Shown one piece after another: positions 34,100 through 42,897 of a stretch of 64,000 bases of DNA. Source of the DNA: Escherichia coli (GTDB lineage: Bacteria; Pseudomonadota; Gammaproteobacteria; Enterobacterales; Enterobacteriaceae); the NCBI GenBank assembly GCA_022969815.1, contig GCA_022969815.1_4535.1; one strand, given 5' to 3'. A model generated the notes under the pieces. That model ran no database searches. It was not told the origin of the DNA and saw nothing but the letters and a program-made list of their open reading frames with translations. A program made the position numbers and the translations under genes. Within the stretch, counting starts at the first letter, position 1. Each line of letters begins with the position of its first letter.

Positions 34100-34364
34100 T
34101 TTTAAAATAAAAGATTCAAAACCCCAAGACGTAGCGGTTCGCTTCGAAGAGTTGGGGATTGGTGAAACTTTCATGTATTATTCAGCATACGAAGAAAATG
34201 GTTTGGATACATTTGCAAACTTAGTATTTCTTAAAAGCGGCGGCGCGACTGCTGTTTGTTTGAATAGTTCATCAAGAGGGAGTGTTCATACCGTATCCCC
34301 AGATGTGCCGATGGTTGCAGTTCGTTTAGTAGTTACCGATATTACACTTACAGAGGAGAAATAA
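34092..34364 (+). CDS. hypothetical protein, 90 aa (paralog of 35386..35667)
   Basis: shared F.IK(K)DSKP...SAY(E/D)E(N/D)GLD pattern. Confidence 0.5.
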   Translation: MFDFKIKDSKPQDVAVRFEELGIGETFMYYSAYEENGLDTFANLVFLKSGGATAVCLNSSSRGSVHTVSPDVPMVAVRLVVTDITLTEEK

Positions 34365-34365
34365 T

Positions 34366-35166
34366 ATGTCCAATAAAATTAGCCTGAAGAAACGCCAAGA
34401 CACCCTGACCATTTCACTGAAGAAAAAGAAAATCGTGAACGAAGATCAAAAGATCGTTCTGCGTGTTGCAAGTGCACTGGATATCTCCGGTAGCATGTCC
34501 AGCCTGTATCGTAACGGTACTGTAAGTGAGTTTGTTGGTAAGTTGCTTCCGTTTGGTATGCTGTTCGATGATAACGCGCAGATCGATATGTGGGCTTTCA
34601 ACAATAGCTCTCGTGAAATCACTCCAGCAACTGCTGATGTGTATGATGATTACGTTGGTAAATGCATTAATGGTCGTGTAACAGTCCAGGGTGGCACAAG
34701 CTATGCACCTGTTATGCAGGATATTTACGATTCCTACTTCGGTAGCACCACTAAATATGAAACTGTAGAAACTCCTGTAACCAAAGAAGTTCCTAAGAAA
34801 GGTTTCTTCAACCGTTTACTGGGTAAAACTGAAACTGTAGAAGCTGTTGTAGAAAAAACTGTAGCCGTTGCTGTGCCTGGTGTAGACGTTACTCCGGCAG
34901 TTGTGTTCTTCCAGACAGATGGTGAGAACGATGATCCGAGCCGTGTACTCTCCGTACTGGAAAAGAACAAGGGTAAACCTATCTACTGGTTCATGGTGGG
35001 TGTTGGTAGTGCTCGTTTCTCTTTCCTGAAAGATTTGGCTGAAGCTTACGACAACGTAGCATTCATTGGTCTGAACGATCTTTCCTTGACAGACGAGCAG
35101 CTTTACGATAAACTCTTGTCTGAAGAGTTCGGTGAGTGGGTCGAAAAGGTTGGTGCTAAGAAATGA
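34366..35166 (+). CDS. vWA-domain protein (TerY-like), 266 aa
   Basis: MIDAS motifs DISGSM, GGTSY, QTDGEND; N-terminus ISLKK...ISLKK like the TerD-type protein downstream. Confidence 0.7.
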   Translation: MSNKISLKKRQDTLTISLKKKKIVNEDQKIVLRVASALDISGSMSSLYRNGTVSEFVGKLLPFGMLFDDNAQIDMWAFNNSSREITPATADVYDDYVGKCINGRVTVQGGTSYAPVMQDIYDSYFGSTTKYETVETPVTKEVPKKGFFNRLLGKTETVEAVVEKTVAVAVPGVDVTPAVVFFQTDGENDDPSRVLSVLEKNKGKPIYWFMVGVGSARFSFLKDLAEAYDNVAFIGLNDLSLTDEQLYDKLLSEEFGEWVEKVGAKK

Positions 35167-35405
35167 TCGACACGCTGATCTCTCAAACGGTGTTACAAGT
35201 GATGCGCGAGAGAGAAGCTTTCATCATGAAGGGTCTTAAAGATTACTTTGGGACTCTTTCTTTGGAAGAACTCAAGCTACGCGTTGAAATCCATCAGTAT
35301 CCTTTTTATGAAGAATGGATTGACAAAGCAAATAAAGCTGTTATAATGCGTATCAACAAACCAGAAATCACGACAGGAGGACAAGATGTTAAATTTCGCC
35401 ATTAA
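35163..35405 (+). CDS. hypothetical protein, 80 aa
   Basis: ATGA overlap. Confidence 0.5.
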   Translation: MIDTLISQTVLQVMREREAFIMKGLKDYFGTLSLEELKLRVEIHQYPFYEEWIDKANKAVIMRINKPEITTGGQDVKFRH

Positions 35406-35667
35406 GAAAGATAGCAAACCAGAGATTCAGACTTGTCGCATTGCAAATCTTACACATCGGGATTTGTTTGTTCTGAAAAGCGCCTACGATGAAGACGGTC
35501 TTGACCCAGAAGCAGTCATCGTTTATATGGTATTGCGGCGAGACGAAGACACCAAGCACCCATATAATGCGGTAGAAATGAATTACAATGCAATGTTGTG
35601 TTCAATACACCATACGGCAGAGTTGGTGCAGGTAGAGTTAACAGTTAACGAAATTAAACTTAAATAA
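35386..35667 (+). CDS. hypothetical protein, 93 aa (paralog of 34092..34364)
   Basis: AGGAGG SD; shared pattern with 34092..34364. Confidence 0.5.
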   Translation: MLNFAIKKDSKPEIQTCRIANLTHRDLFVLKSAYDEDGLDPEAVIVYMVLRRDEDTKHPYNAVEMNYNAMLCSIHHTAELVQVELTVNEIKLK

Positions 35668-35682
35668 TAGAGGAGACATATA

Positions 35683-36285
35683 ATGAGCGATAAAATTTCC
35701 CTGAAAAAAGGTTCCACCGACAAGATTTCCCTGAAGAAAGTTGCTCCGGCACTGAAAGAACTGCGTCTGGAGTTCTCCTGGAAATCAAACTCTAAACTGG
35801 ATCTGGATGTAAGCGCACTGGTATGCCGACACAACGCTTCTGGCAACCCTGAAATGCTGTCTGCACGTCATCTGGTTTGTTATGCTAACAAGTTTGATCC
35901 AGAACGTTCTGTATTCGCGGGTGATGATGTTCGTGACGGTACTGGTCAAATGGAACAGATCGATGTAACCTTGGCTAAGATCTCCGATAAAGCCGAAGAG
36001 ATTGCTTTTGTCCTGACTATTGATGATGAAACGGGTCAGAAACGTCTGGGTCACGCTACTGAAGGTATGCTGAAGATTTTCGATTCCGAACGTAACGTAG
36101 AGATCCTGGACTTCGACTTCCTGGCTCCTGAAGTAGCTGGTAACACGATCTGCCACGTAGCTTCCTTGGTTCGTGAAGACGGCGAATGGAAACTGAAAGC
36201 TTACGGTGTTGGTAAAGCAGGTATGGATATCTGTGATGTGGTTATGGCCTTCGGTGGTCAGAAAGAATGGTATGATTGCCCGTAA
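35683..36285 (+). CDS. terD: TerD-family protein, 200 aa
   Basis: ISLKKG...ISLKK, LDLDVSALV, FAGDDVRDGTGQMEQIDV, EIAFVLTIDDE, EDGEWKLKAYGVG match the TerD/TerZ/TerE domain pattern. Confidence 0.8.
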   Translation: MSDKISLKKGSTDKISLKKVAPALKELRLEFSWKSNSKLDLDVSALVCRHNASGNPEMLSARHLVCYANKFDPERSVFAGDDVRDGTGQMEQIDVTLAKISDKAEEIAFVLTIDDETGQKRLGHATEGMLKIFDSERNVEILDFDFLAPEVAGNTICHVASLVREDGEWKLKAYGVGKAGMDICDVVMAFGGQKEWYDCP

Positions 36286-36322
36286 GATTTAACTGAAATG
36301 TTGTTGGGGGAGAAATCCCCCA

Positions 36323-36351
36323 TTGCAAAAACGCCTCTCATGTGTTATACT
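36323..36351 (+). promoter_or_regulatory. sigma70-type promoter for the hydrolase gene
   Basis: -35 TTGCAA 36323-36328, 17-nt spacer, -10 TATACT 36346-36351; hairpin GGGGGAGAAATCCCCC 36306-36321 just upstream. Confidence 0.6.
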
Positions 36352-36382
36352 GGTAGTTCATTCACCCAAAAGGAGGCAAAAT

Positions 36383-36904
36383 TTGCTGATAAAAAACTTT
36401 GTAACAGTTGCGTTACTATCCTTAACTGCTTTTACATTTACACCTGTCACGGCAACCGCCGAAGCTGCAAACGTAAAGACTGCTAAAGTAGTTCACAAAT
36501 GTGCAAAGCAAGATACTAAAGAAAATCTCTTAGCTTGTGCAATTTACGCTGAAAGTCGTAATCAGGGTAAACGTGGAATGTATGCTGTAGGTAACGTAGT
36601 ATTGAACAGGAAAGGTGATGATTACTTCCCTGACAATATTAAAGATATTCTCTTCCAACGGGGACAATTCTCTTACAGGAAGAAGTTTAACGTTACTGAA
36701 GCAGAGCGATGGAAAGAAGCTAAAGCTATCGCAAAACGACTTATATACCTGGATACAAACTTCCCTACACTTAGAGAAGCCCAGGACATGACAAAAGGTG
36801 CGACATTTTTTAAGAAAGTAAAAACCCGTGCACACTGGACAAAAGATATGGTCTTAGTGTATCGTTATAAAGAACATCAGTTCTACTCACCGACAAGGAG
36901 CTAA
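36383..36904 (+). CDS. SleB-like cell-wall hydrolase with signal peptide (probable endolysin), 173 aa
   Basis: hydrolase motifs LACAIYAESRNQGKRGMYAVGNVVLNRKG...FP...QRGQFS; TTG start 36383 six nt after AGGAGG; cleavable signal-like N-terminus VTVALLSLTAFTFTPVTATAEA. Confidence 0.7.
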   Translation: MLIKNFVTVALLSLTAFTFTPVTATAEAANVKTAKVVHKCAKQDTKENLLACAIYAESRNQGKRGMYAVGNVVLNRKGDDYFPDNIKDILFQRGQFSYRKKFNVTEAERWKEAKAIAKRLIYLDTNFPTLREAQDMTKGATFFKKVKTRAHWTKDMVLVYRYKEHQFYSPTRS

Positions 36905-36905
36905 T

Positions 36906-37190
36906 ATGCGAGAAGATAATACTGTTGTTGTTGCGAGCTATCTCGTTATCGGTTTAACCGAAGAAGATGTGTACTACATTCGTAAAGGTTTGGAAGCTTA
37001 CGCTACCCTCTTCATGGAAGACGAAAGCGATGTTGATAAATATTCCGTGGAGTTGATCAACGACAGTATTTATCCTTGCATAGCTCTTAAAGTAGATGCT
37101 GTTCTGTGGGAGCGTTTTGCAAGAAGTCACGATGCTATTGAATCTTCAATGGTTATGACACAAAACAACATTTTGGGGGTGATTCACTAA
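36906..37190 (+). CDS. hypothetical protein, 94 aa
   Basis: AAGGAG SD. Confidence 0.5.
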   Translation: MREDNTVVVASYLVIGLTEEDVYYIRKGLEAYATLFMEDESDVDKYSVELINDSIYPCIALKVDAVLWERFARSHDAIESSMVMTQNNILGVIH

Positions 37191-37420
37191 TGGCAGATAT
37201 CATTGAGGTAAACTTCCGTACTCGGAAGAAAGTAGAGAAATATACAATATTGAAAAGTGTTTGCGTTGTTTGTTTCAATAGTGTAATCTACGATTCAAGA
37301 AAGGGCGAAGACGGTAATGAGCCGTATATCGAACTGTCAAAGGGCAACGGTAGTTGCATTTGTAAAGCTTGTGCTGTTCAGATTAAGGGGGTTGTTGATG
37401 AAAACGAATGGGATAAATAA
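37190..37420 (+). CDS. CxxC zinc-ribbon protein, 76 aa
   Basis: CVVC...CICKAC. Confidence 0.5.
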   Translation: MADIIEVNFRTRKKVEKYTILKSVCVVCFNSVIYDSRKGEDGNEPYIELSKGNGSCICKACAVQIKGVVDENEWDK

Positions 37421-37592
37421 TACAGGGGAACTTTCTCTTGAGAACGTAACAAACGACAAACTGATTAAAATGCGAGATGTAGCTTTGGATCATCTCCAAG
37501 ACTCCTTCAAGGAATATATGGAAGCACGGGATCGTGTGCTTGAGATTCGTCAAGCAATGGTTAAACGCGGAATGGTAGTGGATTCTAAGTAA
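37398..37592 (+). CDS. hypothetical protein, 64 aa
   Basis: internal ATG 37398 with AAGGGGG SD chosen; 23-nt overlap with the upstream gene. Confidence 0.4.
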   Translation: MKTNGINNTGELSLENVTNDKLIKMRDVALDHLQDSFKEYMEARDRVLEIRQAMVKRGMVVDSK

Positions 37593-37601
37593 GGGGTTAG
37601 T

Positions 37602-38165
37602 ATGATTTATTATATTACCCCGTATCTGACTGGAGATATCGGCAAAGCAATTAACGATGCTATTGCCGTTCTTCATGAAGATAGTTGGGTGTGTTTACGT
37701 GATACAGATACCATGTTCTTACTGCCAGACCAACCTTCCATGTTGGAAGATTTGGTAGCAACCAACCCACCGTTCGATGTAATCGGTGCATCCTGTAACC
37801 GTTTAGGCAGTAGTTATCAACTCCTCGGCGGAAAGATTGATGATGATCCTGACATTCTGAACCATATTTCTCATGCCAAAGTTGCTCGTGATTACTATGG
37901 TGATGAAATTGAGGAAGTCCCACAAGGCACTCCCTTGGCAGGTTTCTTCCTATTGTTCAGGAAATCATTATGGAAGGAGATCCCTTTTGAAGAACGTAGC
38001 ATCCAGTTCGATATAATCTTCTCAAACACTTTACATGAACGAGGGAAAAGGTTAGGATTGATGCGTGGGATGTATCTCTTCCACATTTACCGTTTAGGTC
38101 AAAAAGATCCTCAACGGGCAATATCACACCTCATGCATTGTCATGATCACCGGAAAACTATTTAG
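37602..38165 (+). CDS. hypothetical protein, 187 aa (possible transferase)
   Basis: sits at the head of the glycosyltransferase cluster; no firm motif. Confidence 0.5.
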   Translation: MIYYITPYLTGDIGKAINDAIAVLHEDSWVCLRDTDTMFLLPDQPSMLEDLVATNPPFDVIGASCNRLGSSYQLLGGKIDDDPDILNHISHAKVARDYYGDEIEEVPQGTPLAGFFLLFRKSLWKEIPFEERSIQFDIIFSNTLHERGKRLGLMRGMYLFHIYRLGQKDPQRAISHLMHCHDHRKTI

Positions 38166-38173
38166 GGGGAAAG

Positions 38174-38857
38174 ATGGAAAATGTTAAAATTGGGGTTGGC
38201 GTTATCACTGTAGGCGTTCGTCCACTTAAAGATTACATGGTTGCACCTGGTGTAGACTTCAAAGTGTTTCACGATCCCGATCGTAAAGGTGTAGCTTATG
38301 CTCGCAACCAATTGATGAAACAGTTCTACGATGAAGGTTTTGACTACTGGTTTATTTTCGACGATGATTGCTATCCAGTTAAACGTGGTTGGGAAGAATA
38401 CTTCGTTAACCAGGCTGTCGAGAATGGTTGGGACTTCTTCGGTATGCCAGAATACTTCAAAGATACTGTGATCGGTTGTTCTGGAGAAGTAGTCTTCTGG
38501 GAATTGGCTATGTGTCAGTTTGCAATGTATTCTCGTGCAATTGTTGAGACGATGGGTTATTTCCGCCCGTATACGCACGGATATGGTTTTGAAGATGCGG
38601 AATGGACTAACCGTCTGAAAGCTTCAGGTTTGAATAAAGGACTCCAGGGCGTACCTTGCCCGATGCGCATTATGGCGTACATTCACCCCGACGATGTTTT
38701 CGGAGACAACCCTTTACCTTTTGCGAATCTGACGAAAGAAGAGAAAGAAGCAGCAATCGGGATCAACTGGGAAGAATACAAACTATCTTTGGAGGATATC
38801 AATAATGGCAAAACATACATCTCTTTTGAAGAGGCTGAAGGATATGGCGTTAAATAA
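38174..38857 (+). CDS. GT-A (family 2-like) glycosyltransferase, 227 aa
   Basis: GVGVITVGVRP...KGVAYARNQLM...YWFIFDDDCYP (ARN motif and DxD). Confidence 0.65.
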   Translation: MENVKIGVGVITVGVRPLKDYMVAPGVDFKVFHDPDRKGVAYARNQLMKQFYDEGFDYWFIFDDDCYPVKRGWEEYFVNQAVENGWDFFGMPEYFKDTVIGCSGEVVFWELAMCQFAMYSRAIVETMGYFRPYTHGYGFEDAEWTNRLKASGLNKGLQGVPCPMRIMAYIHPDDVFGDNPLPFANLTKEEKEAAIGINWEEYKLSLEDINNGKTYISFEEAEGYGVK

Positions 38858-39791
38858 GAAACCAACCCTACTGTGCGATAACAAATTCAACAGTGGTTGT
38901 GATTATCATCGCATTGTTATGCCATTTTCTCACATAGAGATCAAGCCACGTACTGATGTACTGGTCTTTAACCGCATCTTCTCGAAAGGTTCTGATGAAG
39001 TAGCCAAACTTAAGCGTCAAGGTGTTAAGATTGTTGTAGATTTGGATGATTTCTATCAGTTGAATCCAGAGCACTACCTTGCGCATCTGTACGCGCCAAA
39101 CACCCGCACCATTGTGGAAATGGTTAAATTGGCAGATGCGGTCATCGTGACAACAGAATACCTGGCATATAAAATTCGTCACTTAAACTCTAATGTTGTT
39201 GTGATCCGAAATGCTCTACCGTTCGATGATGACCAGTTCACTCTCTCGAATGATCGTACTTCGGGTACGCCTATTATCTGGGCTGGAGGTGCAAGTCATG
39301 AGCCTGATTTACGTTTGCTTTCAAATACTTTTGATGATAGTCTGTTGTCTATCGCAGGGTATGAAGCGAGCAGCACAGTGACAGGGCAAGAGTGGGTTAA
39401 GATTCGCCGTAGTTTGCCTAATGCGCAGTATAAACCTGCTGTACATTCTTTGGATGAGTATATGTCGGCATACGATGGTCACGCTATGGCGGTAGCCCCG
39501 TTAGTAGATAATGACTTCAACCATTGCAAGAGCAACCTGAAAGTATTAGAAGCTGGTGCTAAAGGCATTCCAATCGTTTGTTCTAAGGTATTACCTTACT
39601 ACAACCCGATCGATGCCCGTGCAGTAACCTTCGCAGATAGCAAGGCAGAGTGGCACTATGAAGTTGTAAAACTACTTCGTAATCCAAACTACCGTGAAGA
39701 TCGTGGACTGTTCTTGGCTGAACATGTTCGTACTCATTACAACTTGAAGGATGCAAACGAATTGCGTCGTCAAGTGATCGAAAGTCTATAG
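38844..39791 (+). CDS. GT-B-type glycosyltransferase, 315 aa (paralog 1)
   Basis: C-terminal K.NLK.LEAGAKG.P.VCS nucleotide-sugar-binding-like motif; ATG 38844 chosen by length match to the paralog (alternative ATG 38805). Confidence 0.6.
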   Translation: MALNKKPTLLCDNKFNSGCDYHRIVMPFSHIEIKPRTDVLVFNRIFSKGSDEVAKLKRQGVKIVVDLDDFYQLNPEHYLAHLYAPNTRTIVEMVKLADAVIVTTEYLAYKIRHLNSNVVVIRNALPFDDDQFTLSNDRTSGTPIIWAGGASHEPDLRLLSNTFDDSLLSIAGYEASSTVTGQEWVKIRRSLPNAQYKPAVHSLDEYMSAYDGHAMAVAPLVDNDFNHCKSNLKVLEAGAKGIPIVCSKVLPYYNPIDARAVTFADSKAEWHYEVVKLLRNPNYREDRGLFLAEHVRTHYNLKDANELRRQVIESL

Positions 39792-39797
39792 GTGTCT

Positions 39798-40742
39798 ATG
39801 GGACAAATTATTCTTGACAATCGTGCTGGAAAAGAATATAGTGTCTGCGATTATCACCGAGTAATGCTGCCTTACACAAGGCAGTTCTCGGCTCAACCGT
39901 CACAGAACGTATATGTCTTTAACGGTGTCCCTACAAAAGGGAAACAAGGTTTCATAGCCCTTAAGAGCATGGGTTTTAAGATGGTAATGGATTTGGATGA
40001 CTCCTTAAACATTCCTCAAGGACACATGCTGGAAGACATTTTTGATGCAGGTATTCGAGAAGACTTGCAATGGTTTCTTGAACGTAGCGATCTTGTGACG
40101 ACAACAACACCTGCTCTCCAGGTGGAACTGTCCCAGTACAATCCTAACGTACATATTATTCCAAATGGCTTACCGTTTGATGAGGATCAGTTCACGTTAA
40201 CTCGTGATCGCTATTCCAAATCGCCGATAGTATGGGCTGGAAGTGAAACACATAAACAAGATTTAGCTCTACTGCCGAATTTTGGAAGGGATTTAACAAT
40301 CTGCGGATTCCGTAGAGATAGTGAAGTCTTAAGTAGTAAGCAATGGACTGACATACGTGAAAAAGTGGCTCCAAGCTGCAATTATGAGGCTGTTAGACCA
40401 TATGAGAGCTATATGGAATCTTATGATGGTCATCAAATAATGCTTGCGCCTTTGACCGATAACCTGTTTAATAACGCCAAAAGTAACCTTAAGATTCTGG
40501 AGGCTGGTGCCAAGGGTCTGCCTTTGGTCTGTTCTCCTCGTGAGAATTACTTCACAGAAGAGTTTAAGGATTTACTGTTCTTTGCAGAATCAAGAAGTGA
40601 ATGGGAAGATATTGTTAATTACCTGATCCAAGAACCTGATGTGGGGATCGAGAAGGGATTGGCTTTAGCTAAATATGTTCGTAAGCATTATCACATTGAT
40701 GTGCTGAATGAACGCCGTAGATTATTATTTGAGGAGCTATAA
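39798..40742 (+). CDS. GT-B-type glycosyltransferase, 314 aa (paralog 2)
   Basis: about 35-40% identical by eye to 38844..39791 (CDYHR, PNGLPFDEDQFTL, LEAGAKGLPLVCS); ATG 39798 (track start is GTG 39792). Confidence 0.6.
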   Translation: MGQIILDNRAGKEYSVCDYHRVMLPYTRQFSAQPSQNVYVFNGVPTKGKQGFIALKSMGFKMVMDLDDSLNIPQGHMLEDIFDAGIREDLQWFLERSDLVTTTTPALQVELSQYNPNVHIIPNGLPFDEDQFTLTRDRYSKSPIVWAGSETHKQDLALLPNFGRDLTICGFRRDSEVLSSKQWTDIREKVAPSCNYEAVRPYESYMESYDGHQIMLAPLTDNLFNNAKSNLKILEAGAKGLPLVCSPRENYFTEEFKDLLFFAESRSEWEDIVNYLIQEPDVGIEKGLALAKYVRKHYHIDVLNERRRLLFEEL

Positions 40743-41020
40743 TGCTGAATACTTTTGATTTTGAGTACACTACGAAAAGTGGTTTTAATGTTGTGGTGGA
40801 AGTTGATTATTACTACGAAGAACCTGATCCACACTCACGGGAAAGTGATTGGGATTACCACGGTGGGTTACTGATCGACGGTATCCGTTTCTATGCGGGT
40901 CTGGAACAGCTTGATGCGGAAGATATTAACGTGACCGTAACAGAAATCGCATACCAATTCAAAAAACATATGGAGGCATTAGAAGCCGCGTACATGATGG
41001 AAACTAACGAATCATTTTAA
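40742..41020 (+). CDS. hypothetical protein, 92 aa
   Basis: TAATG overlap. Confidence 0.5.
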   Translation: MLNTFDFEYTTKSGFNVVVEVDYYYEEPDPHSRESDWDYHGGLLIDGIRFYAGLEQLDAEDINVTVTEIAYQFKKHMEALEAAYMMETNESF

Positions 41021-41032
41021 CAGGAGAGGATT

Positions 41033-42814
41033 GTGACACACATTATAACGAAATATGGATTTGATGTTGATCTTAGCAGGGAAGGGCACACTGGCTGTCC
41101 ACGCTGCATGAAAAATGGCAAGGATCGCTCTCGTAATAACCTGATGGTTTATGGATTGGATTCTAACGGTGAGCATAAAGGAGCTAAATGCTTTGCGTGT
41201 GAGTACACAATCCCCAGCGTTGAATGGTTAAGAGAGAATGGTGAAGTTTTAGAAGAAGAGGAGGATATTGTGGGTTCGGAATTTAATAAAGAGATTCATC
41301 GTAAGATTGTAGAAGAAACAGGTACTAACCCACGAGGCTACCGTGGGATCAAGGAAGAATATTCTAAATTCTACGGTGTTCGTTACCAGTATAAACAAGA
41401 AGAATCTAATCTTGTTGTGGAACATACTTTGTATCCAACAACTATCGGTAAAGAACTGGTAGGTTTTAAGCGTCGTATCCATCCTAAAGACTTCTCCAAG
41501 CCCATTGGTCAAGTAGGTAAAGATGTAGATTTGTTTGGACAATTTCGTTTCCTTGAGCGTTCCCATACCGTAATCATTACTGGTGGTGAACATGATGCCT
41601 TGGCAGCATATCAAATGTTGGCAGAAGGTCTTGACAGGAAATATGAATTACCAGCAGTAGTTAGTGGCACAACTGGTGAAACCAGTATGTACAAACAGGT
41701 ACAGGCACAGTACCCTTTCTTTGAGAAGTTCAAGAAGATCATCGTCTGCATGGATAATGATAAAGCAGGTAAGGAAGCTTTTGAGAACATTGTAAAAGTG
41801 TTGCCTCGTAATAAAGTTTACCTGATGAAGATGGAACTGAAAGATGCTAATGAATACCTGTTGCAAGATAAAGCAAAAGACTTTGTGAAGGCTTATTGGG
41901 GTGCAAAACTCTATACCCCAGCAGGTGTTTATGCTTCAAACGAACTTTATGAAGCTGCAATGGATTGCTTGGATGCACAAGTGATCACTCTCCCTCCGTT
42001 CATGCGTACTGCTGCGAACATGTTGGGTGGTGGTCTGGTAGAAGAAGAGATCACAGTTATTCTGGCTAAAACGAGTATCGGTAAGACGTTGATGGTGAAT
42101 GAGATCACCAAACACATTATCGTAGCTCATCCAGAACATGTGTTGGGTATTCTGTCCCTGGAAGCAACGTATAAGAAATACTCACGTAACCTTCTTTCTT
42201 CGTTCCTGCATATTCCTTTGCATCGTAAGACTAAGGAAGAAAAGGCTGCGATCCTGGAAGAGAACAAGGAAGCTATTAATAACTTCTACGTTCGTGAAGA
42301 TGGTTCTCCTCGCTTCTTTGTCTGTGATGACCGTGGTGCAGACATTGATTCAATCAAGGAGAAGGTGCTGGAGATGATTATCTACTTTGGCATTACCATC
42401 TTGGTAATTGACCCATACTCGGATCTGTTGTCGGGGATGAGTGTTCAGGAACAAGAAGAATTGGCAACGTGGTTGAAGCGCATCATGAAAGAATATGGCA
42501 TTACGATCATCGTGATCTCTCACGTTAAGAAAGCTGCGAACAATGGTAATGAGCACTTAACCGAAGATGATGCAATGGGTAGTAGTTTCTTGGCAAAAGG
42601 TGCAGGTATTACACTGGCACTGGAACGAGATAAAGCCGCAGAAGACCCTGTTGAGCGCAACACAACTCATTGTTATATCTTGAAAAACCGTGAGTTCTCA
42701 GAAACTGGTCCTGCTGGACAATTCTATTACGATATTAAAACTGCCACACTGCACGACAAAGCACAGTATTTTGCTAATCCTGATAATGCAGGTGGTGCAG
42801 AAGGCGCATATTGA
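41033..42814 (+). CDS. bifunctional primase-helicase (T7 gp4-like), 593 aa
   Basis: N-terminal zinc ribbon CPRC...CFAC, TOPRIM CMDNDKAGKE, helicase Walker A AKTSIGKT; GTG start with AGGAGAGG SD. Confidence 0.85.
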   Translation: MTHIITKYGFDVDLSREGHTGCPRCMKNGKDRSRNNLMVYGLDSNGEHKGAKCFACEYTIPSVEWLRENGEVLEEEEDIVGSEFNKEIHRKIVEETGTNPRGYRGIKEEYSKFYGVRYQYKQEESNLVVEHTLYPTTIGKELVGFKRRIHPKDFSKPIGQVGKDVDLFGQFRFLERSHTVIITGGEHDALAAYQMLAEGLDRKYELPAVVSGTTGETSMYKQVQAQYPFFEKFKKIIVCMDNDKAGKEAFENIVKVLPRNKVYLMKMELKDANEYLLQDKAKDFVKAYWGAKLYTPAGVYASNELYEAAMDCLDAQVITLPPFMRTAANMLGGGLVEEEITVILAKTSIGKTLMVNEITKHIIVAHPEHVLGILSLEATYKKYSRNLLSSFLHIPLHRKTKEEKAAILEENKEAINNFYVREDGSPRFFVCDDRGADIDSIKEKVLEMIIYFGITILVIDPYSDLLSGMSVQEQEELATWLKRIMKEYGITIIVISHVKKAANNGNEHLTEDDAMGSSFLAKGAGITLALERDKAAEDPVERNTTHCYILKNREFSETGPAGQFYYDIKTATLHDKAQYFANPDNAGGAEGAY

Positions 42815-42820
42815 TTCAGA

Positions 42821-42836
42821 AGGGGCGCAAGCCCCT
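42821..42836 (+). terminator. hairpin after the primase-helicase gene
   Basis: AGGGGC-GCAA-GCCCCT with a modest T tract. Confidence 0.45.
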
Positions 42837-42837
42837 C

Positions 42838-42867
42838 TTGACTTTTGATTGAGGAATGTGATACCCT
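42838..42867 (+). promoter_or_regulatory. candidate promoter TTGACTTTTGAT...TACCCT
   Basis: -35 TTGACT 42838-42843, 18-nt spacer, TACCCT 42862-42867; mirrors the element at 17953. Confidence 0.35.
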
Positions 42868-42897
42868 TCAGGTTGAGTTACATAATATGGAGGACTA

